Below, one piece after another: positions 39,259 through 51,962 of a stretch of 64,000 nt of DNA. The position numbers and the translations under genes are program-made. This stretch comes from Octopus vulgaris (lineage: Eukaryota): the NCBI GenBank assembly GCA_951406725.2, contig OX597829.1:54498001-54562000 (forward strand), written 5' to 3'. The notes beneath the pieces are model-generated. The model was given only the letters and a program-made list of their open reading frames with translations, was not told the origin of the DNA and did no database searches. Each line of letters starts with the position of its first letter. The stretch's first letter is position 1.

Positions 39259-41922
39259 AAAAGGATTTTTTAGTTTATTTTTTTCCGGTAATTTTCTCAT
39301 ACAAAACAAGACTTGAATATTTATTACAGCGGCATATTTTTGATTTCAAGTTTTATTTTGTTGAGAACTGAAGAAAAAAAAGAAAGAAAAAAATAAACAA
39401 CCCAGAAGTGAAATATACAGATGAATAAAAAAAAAAAAAAGAAAGAAAAGATAAAATGAAAATCAGATAAGAGATTTCAAGTTGATTTTGCTGCTTATTT
39501 GGAGGGAGAGATTTGTGTAATATCTGTGAGATTTCTAGGCAACAGCCAAAATGATAAAAGGGAAATTAAACTTTCTTTTGGAAAAAGGGAAACAGAAAGG
39601 CTCTGTTATAATAAAAAGGAACAGAGAAAGATAGATTAAATGAAGAGGAAGTGTGAATATAGCTTTCCTGCTGTATTAGGCATTAAGCAACCATCTTGGC
39701 TGATAGGTCTTTCTCACTGTCTCCTCAAGCAGTGTTGACTTATTAAGAATACTTAACGTGTATGAAAGTGAAAAGGAAGCATTTAAAGGCTTCGTTAGAT
39801 GGTTTCTGTTTTTTTTTTTTGTTGCTCTCTCTCTCTTTCTCTCTCTCGCTCTCTCTCTCATCAGTAATCTATAAGAGCTAAATAGATTTGGAAACTGATT
39901 ATCTTTTATATAAAGATACAGAGCCCATTTGTTTTTCTCCAATATTTTTTTTTTTTTCTTTTTTATTATTTTTTAAAATTTTCATAAAGGTAGTGAATTG
40001 CTTGATGAATTTAATCTGCACCAGATTTCGGCTGAGAGCTGTACACATCTCACACCATCAACTGGTGTACTGAGTAGATCTGGTTCCCATTTCAGCAGCT
40101 TATATAGAGTTAAACATTAAAAAGGAAGTTAGAGAGGATAATTAACAGAAGTTAATTGATAAATACAAATAAATAATCCAAGGCTCCTAAAAGAGTGTAC
40201 TTTTCTTTCATAACAAGACAGGTAGTTGGTTTGTGTAGAGTAGACTGAACAAAAACACCAACCAAGTGCTGCCAGTAGGTCTTCCTCACATGCAAACATT
40301 CATTTACAGATATACGAAGGGGAGGGGGAATCATTGGTGGTTTTTGGTTTTCTTTTTTCTTTTTTTTTTTTTCGAGATTCAGATTGCATCATGAAGCATT
40401 GACACAAGCTACAGTTAGGAATTTGAAACAATTTAAACAAATAAAAAATAATTGAAGAGAGATTTCATTCAAAATTTTATTTTCAAACAGCCTATAAAGT
40501 ATATCTTAATAGTTCAGGATTTTTTTACGTTTTTAATTTTTAACCACAATTTTATTAAATTAAGAGGTATGGAAGCTGCTAGGAAATCCACCATACACTA
40601 ATTTAAAGAGTTTACTTTTAATAATAATAATAATAATAATAATCTCTTATTTCATCATCAAAGTAAGAGAATACTATTTTAAGATTGTGTTGTACATCAT
40701 GAACAAGTATTTTGAGCCATACTTGTGTAAATATCTAGTTACACTGAAGAATAATTGCAACTGCCAAAAACAGGTAAGGACAAAAATAAAAGGTGGGGTG
40801 AGGGGAATTAACGGGGTAGGGGAGAAGGGGGGGGAAAATTGACTTTACAGAAACTATTTACATGAAGGGAAAATTAATTTAGAAAGGAAATTAATGGCAA
40901 TAGCAGCACTATAAAACAATATTTATGTGGAAATAAATAATGTTAGTGTCCAGGTTTATGACAGCACATTCATCATTGATTTAAATACATGAGCCAATAG
41001 ATGTCTAAGTTATTTCTTAAGCTATCAGAAAAGAATTGGCTAAAATAATTTCAGTTATATGACTAATATGGAAAAATAACCCCATTTCAACCACATACAC
41101 CAGCAGTGTTTACAAATTGCTGTGATAGATCATATACTAACCAAATGAAATATTCAATATATATTTTTTAATGGTGATATTATAACTAACACACCATTTT
41201 TAAGTGGATTTTATTTTATACATAAATTATTTATTTTATTTATTTTGTTTATTTTATTTGTTTTTTTTACAATTTTATTTATACAAATTTTCACAAACTA
41301 TAATTAAATACATTGAAAGCCAGCTTAGTGGCTTCTCTTCACTATGTTGTGAGTGGGCATAGCATGGTTGTGTCAGAGAAATGTAAGGTATTAGGAGAGG
41401 ATAGGTATCTGGAGAGCAAGGAGAAGGAATGCAGGCATACATGCAGATAATGCACAGAAGTGTGAGAGAAAACAAAATGATGAGAGAAATAATGGAAAGA
41501 CAACACATGCAGCAACATAGATACACCGTATAGTTCCTAAAACATTCACAGAAGGGGAGGGGCAGGGAGATCTCAGATAACAATTGCAAATTACATTAAC
41601 ATGTCCATAATTATTATATTAGTAATACTTCTGAGAGTATAAACATAAGTATACGTCTCTACAAAATTCATACACATTAACATATACACAATACACACAC
41701 AAGCTAACACCCACACATACACATACACATACACATTGAAGAGCAGAACAAATATATAAAGCCCACAAATGTGTACAGAGTATACACCCACCCTTACTAC
41801 GTCCAGCCTTGACAAAAAAACATTCATCCAACCATCTGACCCACCCTTCCCCCCACTCCCTACAAATCTACACTAAATATGTTGCTTTGGTCAAAAGAGT
41901 CCTGCTGCTGGAGCCAGATGCT
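38235..41922 (-). other. Syb: Probable ~3.7 kb synaptobrevin 3'UTR
   Basis: No recognisable TE, U-rich on the minus strand, ends at tandem AATAAA signals. Confidence 0.6.
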
Positions 41923-41948
41923 TCACTTATTTTCATTCACTTGCCAAA
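41923..41948 (-). CDS. Syb: Synaptobrevin last exon, coding part (V)WQVNENK*
   Basis: Long poly-T tract plus cttaaatttcag|TT TGG CAA GTG AAT GAA AAT AAG TGA, followed by a long TE-free UTR-like stretch. Confidence 0.82.
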
Positions 41949-42121
41949 CTGAAATTTAAGAAAAAAAAAAAAAAAAAAAAAAAAGAGAACATCAATATAT
42001 GTGCACACATACATACATACACATATATATATATACATACACAAAATCAAAACATGCTATGTTAAAGCGTATTTTTAAAACTAGTTTCATGAATCAAATA
42101 TATACACACACACACACACAC

Positions 42122-43000
42122 GTGGGGTATAGATGGTATTTGTGGACAATTATCAGTACATTACTCTCTTCAAACCAATTAAAAGGATTTCCCTATGGCA
42201 GACAAAATACAAGAAACGAAAGTCATTATTGCCATGTGTGTGTGGGAAAACAACAATTTAGAAAATTGACAACATTTTATATGTTGCAAGATCTTTCAGA
42301 TGGAATTGGAAGCCTCTCGTGAGAATGTTTAGGGGTTTTACCTCCCACTCTTTGATACACTTCATTCTCAAAGAACTATCAGGAAACAGCAACTCATCCA
42401 GCCTTATTGACATGGATCCCAGAAAAATCAATAAGGGCCATCACCATAGAACTTCTGGTATCAGAATTATTGTGCATAAAGACATTCAATACAAGTCGTT
42501 TGTATTGAGGAGGGACCAATTCCGCAAAGACACAGAACTCCATTTGATCCCTGCCAAGCAGTTGCTTAACAAGGTTTAAAACCCCTCACAAACATGGCCT
42601 GCTTTGGTTCTCTGATGGGAAAAACTCTTCAACCAAGACCCGAAATCTAACAAGAGAAATGAGAGATGGCTATGTACAGATGCTTCTGATGGCTTTAGGA
42701 ATGGTGAGTAAAGAAGGTCATATCATGCCAATTCTCATCTTTCCACAGGATCTTAGAATTTTTATGATAATCCAACACCAAACTTGGACTACTACGTTTG
42801 GAGTGTTTTTTGAAGGGAGACTAATCAACATCATCACAATACCATAGCTCCCCTGAAGGCTGTCATTATCCAGGTGTGAAGTAAAAGCTATTTAGTGTAG
42901 GTTTGTCAACTATTCTGGTTCTGCATTGAAACAATCGTTGCAGCTGAAGGTGGACTCACAGAATAATCTTAGAAGAAAGATTATCGAGAACTTGTCCACG
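42122..43000 (+). mobile_element. Degenerate Tc1/mariner (maT-like) element in the last synaptobrevin intron
   Basis: Remnants IIVHKDIQYKSFVLRRDQF, WFSDGK, MALGMVSKEGHIMP and IVAAEGG. Confidence 0.6.
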
Positions 43001-44552
43001 AAATTTTATTAAATACATTTGGTTTTTGCTAAATTAGAATTGTTTACCAAAATTACTAAGTATGTCCTCAAATACATGCACAGGATGTGAGAAGTATGTG
43101 TATACATACACCTAACCGAGTATATATACATACACACACGAAAACACATTTGCACACATATGACAAAGAAATTGTGTATGAGACTGCAAGCAGACAAGAA
43201 AACATTCTACTATGTAAAATTGAATTTCTTTTCACTGTTACTTTTATCAAAATGCTACATAGCTAACTAAATATAAAATATAGATTGGTCCAACCATAAT
43301 TATGTATATTACAACATTTCAATGAAATCTATTAATTATTAAATTTATAAAGCATGACCTTCAATCAAATACATATGAAAACATTAAAATTCTTTTTAAT
43401 TATTTTACATAGTAGCATTTACATGTTAGTAGAGTTAGAAAGAAGAAAAAATAACATCTTTAACAGCAATAATTGAACAGTGATGGAGCAATTATAACTT
43501 CATAACTTTGAAAGAAATGGATATTAAAGTTTAACAGTACAGGAAATTTAACCTTCTGTAATAACATTAAAAATATTAAGGTAAATAAAAATGTACACTA
43601 TCAAAATAAAGCGTAAATATTCAGACATTAATAAACACCAAGGCACATTCTAATATGAGTAGTGCATGGCAGCACGGATACAGCACCATACAGTTGAAAT
43701 TCTGTTGTAGACGATTTTGCTTTTCACCTCCACTGAATCAACAAGACCAGTATCAAGAGCATACTGAAAGTTCCTCAACTATTTCCTTTCATTATAAACC
43801 AACAAGTTTGTTTCAATGTGTAATGTAGCTTACTTTACAAAATTAATGTTTTGGATTACTTGGAGATTTACATATTCTGAAGCCACCATCAAACTATTTC
43901 AAACCTATGCTTCAAAACCATTTAAACACCAAGTACTGAAGCAACAAATTACTAATATATTAGTAATAAAAGATCTCAATACTGTATCACATAAAAAAAT
44001 TAAAAAATCAAGCTTAATTTAAAACTTTTCTTGAAATATTTTAACAATATTTTGCATAATCTTTCACTGCAAAACAATTCCTTACTACTTAGGGTCTGTA
44101 TAATTCTTTTGTATATAGTGAACACTCTTTTATATGTTCAGTTACACTCTCTGATCACTTTGCATTCAGTTAGTGCACCTTCCACCATTCCATGCATCAT
44201 GCTCAATTTACTCCTGCTGTTATGTAATATCACATTCTGCACTCCTGTTTATCACTGTTACAAAAAGTAAAGTATCCCCTCAATATATGGATTCCATAGA
44301 ACTTACTAGGATTCTCATATAAACAATCTTAGAATACTGAATTAAATGAAGGCTGTGTGATTGTTAGGTAACTAGTCTCCAGAAGTAAGAGAAATAAATA
44401 TTTGGAAATATGCACAAGTGCACAGAAACCACAAGTTCTTTTTGGACTGTTTTATATGTAAGTTCTGAAGAAATAACTATACATTTTAAACTATATCAAT
44501 TATACAAAAATGTTTAAAATGAACCTGTTCTATCACATAACCCATTAGGATT

Positions 44553-44593
<41 letters not shown>

Positions 44594-44816
44594 AATAAAA
44601 CATATCAGGAAAGAAACACACTCTAAAGAATAGAGCAATAATTGTTACAACAAAATTTTAATTCTGGTCATAGAGTTACCAAAGGTTTCGTATTTGTCAA
44701 GGTCAAAGCCTTGTGGACAGCTTCTCAGACTATACAAAGATGAATTTAAACTTTCTACCACGCAAACATAAGGAAACACTAAGATATCAAGATTTAAGGC
44801 CCAATGTATAAACATG

Positions 44817-44872
44817 TTAATGAGGATGGGTTGTCTTCTCTGGACCATATGATAAAATAACCGAAAACAGAC
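44817..44872 (-). CDS. Weak candidate synaptobrevin tail exon (G)LFSVILSYGPEKTTHPH*
   Basis: Acceptor gctgattagtccttttcag|; the phase-1 frame is hydrophobic then polar; lacks the VW signature. Confidence 0.22.
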
Positions 44873-45022
44873 CTGAAAAGGACTAATCAGCAAACAGGGA
44901 GATCCGATTTTCCAGTAGATAGCGCTTGAAGTGGACACGTTTAGGTTTTTTTTTGTCTTTGTATTTTTTTTTTTTGTATTGAATCTGACGAGCTGTCCAC
45001 ATGGCTTTGGCAACTATGACCA

Positions 45023-45062
<40 letters not shown>

Positions 45063-47503
45063 ATATTTAACATCGAAATGTTAACAAAGACAGGAAATAG
45101 AATAAAAACAATTTGTTTTGCACAAGAAAAAAATTGTTGATGCAGAGTAAATATTGGAATGAATATTTCCATGTACTCAATTGCTGATTGCTAAATTTTA
45201 ATTAATGTGGCTAGACACTATTCAAAATCAAAAAGGAAATAATTCACCAAGTGACCAAGGATGCAGGGAACACCAGCATTGCTAGAAATTAGAGTCAGAG
45301 ACTCTAGCCACAAAAGCACATGTTCTATGTACTGACAAGGGAGACAACCTCCATACTGCGAGGGTATTAGATTGGCAAGCCAATTTGGCATGAAAACTTC
45401 ATGCTCATCAGTAGCACTCCGTTGTGGGTGATGAAGCTGAAATTTCAGTTGTAAGTATTTATAGCATTTGCCATAGGAATCAGTGGCTGATTCAGCAAAA
45501 TGGTAATGTGAAAATTATGAAATAACTAAGGAGGCTAGGCACAATTTAAAACCAAAAAGGAAATAATTCACCATCACTAAAATGTGAGCAAGGATGCAGG
45601 GAGCGCCAGCATTGCTAGAAATATATGAAAAGGCATGATTCTCAAGCTTGTATGAGAAGCTGCTACATAAAAGCCATATCAGAACAGCTGATACAAAAAC
45701 TCATTCACTCGACTACTGTAGCACATCATGAATAATGGGGGGGGGGGGGGATCTCAATATTATCTGGAAAGCATTAAATGTACATAACTAAATGTTTCTC
45801 CAACAAAAGATGGAAAATTTTGACTTTACAAAAAAGGCTTACTGTGTCCTACTTTTGTAGCCCTACTGAAACTGTTCTATTACATGCAAGTAGTTAGCTG
45901 GAAAACTTAGATGCAACACACAAACCCTTCTTCTTAGCCCATACCATGTCTCCATCTAGCTGACGATGAGCAGTGCCAAGGAGAATGGTGAGATGCGAGT
46001 GTGATGAAATGTACATACAGACCAAAGAGTGTGGATGAGAGAATGGATTTTCAAAGAAACTGCTACATGGTAACTCCTCACACTGCTATATCAGTAGCCA
46101 GATCTTTATCCAGTTTTTAAATAGCAGTATATCAACACTGACTGTACATCGCTCAGTATATTAAATATACAAGATAAAGACTGCTTCAATACTGGACCAG
46201 AAACACTGACATGCTTGCACTAAATAGCTCTGATTTCTTCAACTAAATCATATAAATATTTTGCATGAGGAAGCATGTTTAAATTGTTGCATTTGTCAGT
46301 GCTTCAACTATTTACAAGTTATTTTGGCATGGTTTTTGCTGACAGACCTTACTTTGTTTGAAATAAAGAGTTATTTAAATAAAATTTTTAAAAACTCTAT
46401 AAAAAATTCACTACTACTTTTCCACTGTTATTCTGACTTAATTTCAAAATTTTGAATTATCGGATTCCAGAAGTTGTCAAACACCAAGCTGATTTACAAA
46501 ATTCAACATTATAACTTTGTCTACATTAACAGTAGCTGATGTAACAATTGTTATAATCTACATCTTATTTTTTTAATGTATTCCATGAAACACCATACAT
46601 GATTAATCAACGTTACATACCATCTTTCATTTGAAAATCAATATTCTTAGGAAATATCACTTTCTCCCATAATGTCCTTATTAATGTAATGTACCCTTAC
46701 AATTTCCAAATAATCTAAAGAGAGAACTCTTACATAAGAATTCTTTATTTACTTACTATGTATATAAGATATTTAACTCACTGAATTATAGAATAAAAAT
46801 TGTCAATTCATAACCCTTCAAATTTTAGAAAACAAATACCTCACATGCACATATCAGAGTTTTAAAAACAATATTAGAAAAAAAAAAGCCCATCTCAGTC
46901 ATTATTTCACCTACAATCTCTAACTTTTACATGTCTGAAATAACTATTAAATACTTGCTCTAGTTACTTCAATTGTAAACACACTCCACTTTTAATTTAC
47001 AAAATGCTTTTATTCTCTACACACCATACTAGTTTTAATAACAATTCTTCAGTTCTAAAGCATTAAATCAAATTATAATTAATGAAGTATATTTGCATTT
47101 TGATGCAATTATAAGTGATTTATAAAAAAATAAAGCAACACTGTTAAGGAACAATATGAAGTAATATTTGAACCACATAATTTTGAAAAACTGCATCATC
47201 ATCATCCCAAATAAAAAAATTAATACTTGCACTGCTTTACCATTAAATTAGATTCTTAATGGAAATAGTAAATTGTATTTTGTTGGCTAAAGGTTTTATC
47301 TGAAGTAACACTATGGGTAATGATTTGAACAATCCTTAAAACTCAGTAACAAGATGAACTTTCATACACAATTCAAAAACTAAGACTGACAAAAAAAAAA
47401 AAAACTAAAAAAACCCACATACACACAAGTATAAAATAATAAAATTGGACCATTAAAATAATTACAAAAATCACAACATCAAAAGAATGAAAATAATCTA
47501 CCA

Positions 47504-47529
47504 TTAGCCATATTTGTTGGCTACCCAGA
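47504..47529 (-). CDS. Syb: Synaptobrevin tail exon (V)WVANKYG*
   Basis: Branch-point-like CTAAC plus ttttcatttctcttctctaatttgccatgcag|TC TGG GTA GCC AAC AAA TAT GGC TAA. Possible donor ATG|GTAGAT at 47502/47501. Confidence 0.75.
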
Positions 47530-48199
47530 CTGCATGGCAAATTAGAGAAGAGAAATGAAAATAACGTTAGTATAAGATCCGTCAAAGGATAAGATTAGTG
47601 AAAAGAAATTGGAGTAAATTTAGTTCTATTACTGTTATTTATAATTATGATTAGGAAAATTCAATTAAACAAGCATTTAATTTTGTAGTCATATAGTAAA
47701 TGTCTTTAAATATTAAGCTAGTGATTTTTGAATAAGTATTTGAGTAAAATGAGAATTATGCAAATTGATAATTACAAAACTGTAAAATGTTCAATTTTGA
47801 AGAAAATATATTAAACTATTATTAACTTTACAAGACCATAATCTAATAGTTTCCATTTGTAATGCAAAGCTATAAAACTTTGTGATGCGTTCAAACAATG
47901 CTACATTTAAAATTAACAAATAACTTTACACAACATCTAAAAGAAAACACACACAAACATACATAAATAGTATTCAAGAAGATAGGTGAACTTAGTGCAC
48001 ATTACACAACAAATTAAAATGCATGCACCATATTAAAAATCGGAAAAGGCTATTTTAAAAGGAATTATATATTATAATCTGATATTCTATAGTTGCCTAA
48101 AATTTAAATTTACAAGTTTTTCACCTATTGTAAACTGTAGCTTTTAAATTCTATTGTTAGTGTTCGGCTTTGACAAGAAATATTTAAAATACACATCAT

Positions 48200-48419
48200 T
48201 TAACCCTTTCATTACCAACCCGGCTGAAACCGGCTCTGGCTCTGTAGTACAAATGTCTTGCTTTTCACAAGTTTTGAATTAAAATCTTCCAAACCTTAGT
48301 CACAATTTATACTACTAACAATAGCTTAATGATAAAGTTATTTTACTAAATTCTTTGTTATATTTAAAATAATTGAAAGAAACACAGAGCATCTCAAAAT
48401 ACAGTAACGAAAGGGTTAA
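48200..48419 (+). mobile_element. piggyBac-type MITE
   Basis: TTAA-CCCTTTCATTAC ... GTAACGAAAGGG-TTAA terminal inverted repeats with TTAA target duplication. Confidence 0.85.
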
Positions 48420-49129
48420 GTCGTTACTCATAAATTGAACATAAAAGAATCAATGAATACACATTTTACAAATTAATGTTATGTATATACTTAGAATTCT
48501 TTTAAATTTTTGAATGTTCAGTTTGTATAGTAAAACTGGTGTAATGAATTCATAAAAGTAATTACAAAGTAATTATGGATATAGATTTATACAAAAACCC
48601 CAAATATATCCTGTACCAGCCCATCTTTATAACTATTCTGAAATTATTTCTTGCTGCAATACAAACTATTTTGGCCTCACCTCAGATATACACCAACTGT
48701 TAACTATAACCGAACGTAGCTACTTTTGTTTCAACAGGCACAAAAGCAGACTGCAAGACAACTAATGAGCCTTAAAAGATATTAGTGGTCTTATAGATGA
48801 TGTCTGAGAGCAAAATTCTCAGTACATATTCCTCTAGCATCTTTAAACCCTACAAATATTCACTCCGGAAGAAACAATATTTTAAAGATTTTTCAAACAT
48901 GGTTTCAACATCAAATAAACTGAAATGATTTACATCATCAGTTTCTTAAAGTTCTTTCACTTCAAGATGATTTGTATGAGAAATAAAGATAAGGTAGAAA
49001 ATACAATTAACATTAATATGTTCTATAACAAGCTCAAACAAAACAGATATGAGGCTTTAATTAAAACCACATTAGAGAGAGAAACCTAATTCAGGGCCCC
49101 TCATTCGAGTGAATCTGTTAGCAATATGA

Positions 49130-49358
49130 TTAATCCTTTAGTGTTCGCATTATTCTGCCAAAATTAATCCTTTTTTATCCACATTGCCTTGAACTAATCA
49201 GGCATTATCTTGGTGCTATGAGATTTTGATGAGGTAGCTGTTAATTTTTAAAACGACATTGTAGGGCTGGTGTGAGAGACCAGATCTGGCCAGTTTGAAC
49301 ATAAAACAGGCAGAATACTTTTGGTCGGATATGACTGGTGTAAATGCTAAAGGGTTAA
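49130..49358 (+). mobile_element. piggyBac-type MITE, second family
   Basis: TTAA-TCCTTTAG ... CTAAAGGG-TTAA; body shared with copies at 6281, 16569 and 50732 and partial copies near 10090 and 49775. Confidence 0.8.
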
Positions 49359-50731
49359 GTGTGCTACATGGGAAGATATACTGTATAAATAAAAAAACTT
49401 ACTAGAAACTACCTGTTCAAAACCCAAGACTTCTTGTAAGAATAGAGACAGTACTGTGCATGTACACAAACACACGTGTATGTATGTGCGTGTGTGTATG
49501 TGTGTGCGTGCATGCATGCGTGTGTATGCATAAGGGAATTAATAGACAAAGTGTTTTTACTCTAAGCATGAGTCTAGATTCTACAATAAGTCATTAAATG
49601 AGTTCACATATTATTTTATGTTTCTCCAACAACTTTGCTTGAATCGTTTAGAAAAACTTAATCTCAGATCTGATGAATTGCTGTATCAAGGACAGGTCAA
49701 TATTGCAAGTATCTAAAACACTACAATAAATATGAGAGAAAATGAAGGGTTTTAGCCAAATGAATGAAGTCTCAACATTCAGACATTTCAGTCAAATGCA
49801 ATACTTATTCATTTATATTGTTTTCAATTAATCACACAATGATCTGATTATTTTAAGAATGACATTGTAGGTGAAGAGTAAGAGGCCATAAAACAAGTAG
49901 AATATTCGGGAGGGATATAGCTAGTCTGTGGAGGTGCATGGTTTAGTGGCTAGTGTTGGATTCATGATTGTGAAATTGTGGTTTTAATTCCTGGATTGGG
50001 CAACGCATTGTGTTCTTGAGCAAAACACTTCATTTCAGGTTGCTTCAGTCCCCTCAGCTGCCAAAAACAAGTGATACCGTGACAGACTGGCATCCAGTCT
50101 GAGGAATTATATTCAGAGAAACTGGCTTTATGCTCCTTGTGGAGTAATGAGGACTAACCAACCTAGAGCTAGTTTAAATTCAAGAAGTTTAAACAAAAAT
50201 TATTTTTTCTTACGATGAATAAACTAATATTATATTTAATTATTGCTCAATATTAATCAGAAAGACAAAGTTTTCAAAATGTATATTTCACAGCAATGAT
50301 ACAATTCAAGGAAAAGATTATTGGCATCTAAAATAATTAGAACTCTGACAAGTCATTTCAAGGAAACTTGTGCAAAACTGAGATAAAGAGATGAGGAACA
50401 TCATTCTTTATGTTTAAAAGGGGTAAAATCCAATACTTTAAAGAATTGGAGTCTAAGTAATTGGTAGTTTGTGTTTGATTCCTATAAGGGCTGATTTAAC
50501 CCGTGGCTAAGAACTAATAAGATGAATATTTGATCAACTGCACCAATATGTTCCACCAAGTGCTATACATTAGACTAGTTATTGCTTTTGTTTCACTTCC
50601 AGGACAAAAGAATATTCTATCCCTAGAAACAATATTTTGGGAAAAAACAAAACCAAAGAAACCATTAAAATTTAAAATGGTAAACTTTCACATGGTCATT
50701 CAACCTGGCAAAATTATAGCCAGCCATAATC

Positions 50732-50954
50732 TTAACTCTTTAGTATTCAGGTTACTCTCTCAAATGTAATGCATATTATTTCCATATAGTTTTCAATTAA
50801 TCATGCATTATCTTGTAGACGAGATTTTCATGGTGCGACTGCTTATTTTTAGAATGGCATTGTAGGTGTGAGAGGCCAGATCAGGTTAGTTTTAACATAA
50901 AAATGGTAAAACATTTATGCTGGATATGGTTCAGTTTGAATGTTAAAGAGTTAA
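50732..50954 (+). mobile_element. piggyBac-type MITE, second family
   Basis: TTAA-CTCTTTA ... TAAAGAG-TTAA. Confidence 0.75.
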
Positions 50955-51653
50955 ATCACACTTTACTGCTTCAAATGATTTAAGCTAAGAACTGTCATTC
51001 AATTAGATCATTAAATACTATTAATTTAATCACACTAAAATAGACAAAATAAGCATACTAATACTTAAGGTCTCCTACCCTAAAAAAGAGGCAACGTGTT
51101 TTGATAAACGACTTTTTACGTTGAATATATTAGAATATCCAAAAATAATATATCTTTTAAAAATCAGTCAATGAAAATCAATACCAGAATTCTAAATTCA
51201 AATAGATAATCACTAAATAGTACTAAAATCTAACATCTACAATCACTAAGTAGAACCAAAAATCTAACATCTACAAAAAGGGTTATGAGAAATTTCGCCG
51301 TAAATATTTTTGCTGTTGAAAAATTAGTCATAAGAAATTTCGTTATGACTTCATCACAGTTTTTTAATGTTTGACATTAAAGATTTGCCTATTTAATGCT
51401 TTTACAAAGCAATGATTTATTTATTTATTTATTTAACAAAATGCTGATATAATTGTCCATACAGTGAATTTGTCTTAGGGCGAATTTTCTCAACATGTAC
51501 AAGAAGCTAACTTTTAAAAGATAACAGTATTCCTACATTTTACTCCCTACAACCATTAAAAATAAAATTAAAAAATGCATATACAGTCAAAATCTCTTAG
51601 CAAAAATGAACTTCATAAGCCACAAAATAAAAATATCTAAAAAATGATACAGA

Positions 51654-51692
<39 letters not shown>

Positions 51693-51945
51693 TTGTGTGC
51701 ATGCACACACAATTTTGAAATATTTTTATGTTTTTAAGTGCAACAATTAGGAAAATTCCTGTGCTAAAAAAAAAACATCCTAACACCAGAAAACCAATAC
51801 ACACAGTATAACTACACTTGAATCTCGGACAAAACATCTACCTCTATATACAACACGTACAACATCTAATGAATACCAAGATTGTGTTGGATAGTGCAAA
51901 TATATTCATAAGACAAGAAATTTTAGCTTACACATCGCAAAGTAT

Positions 51946-51962
51946 TTATGCGAACACCCAGA
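51946..51962 (-). CDS. Syb: Synaptobrevin tail exon (V)WVFA*
   Basis: ttcctatttctttgtcttcctacctatcacag|TC TGG GTG TTC GCA TAA. Phase 1 gives the Val-Trp ending seen in mollusc VAMP TMDs. Possible donor TGT|GTAAGC at 51932/51931. Confidence 0.72.

Noticed and set aside
41225-41280. Proximal polyA site
   Set aside because: AATAAA copies sit in an A-rich low-complexity run with no GU-rich downstream element; prone to internal priming.
45209-45622. ~80-bp direct repeats as LTRs
   Set aside because: No TG..CA termini, PBS, PPT or TSD; likely an old local duplication.
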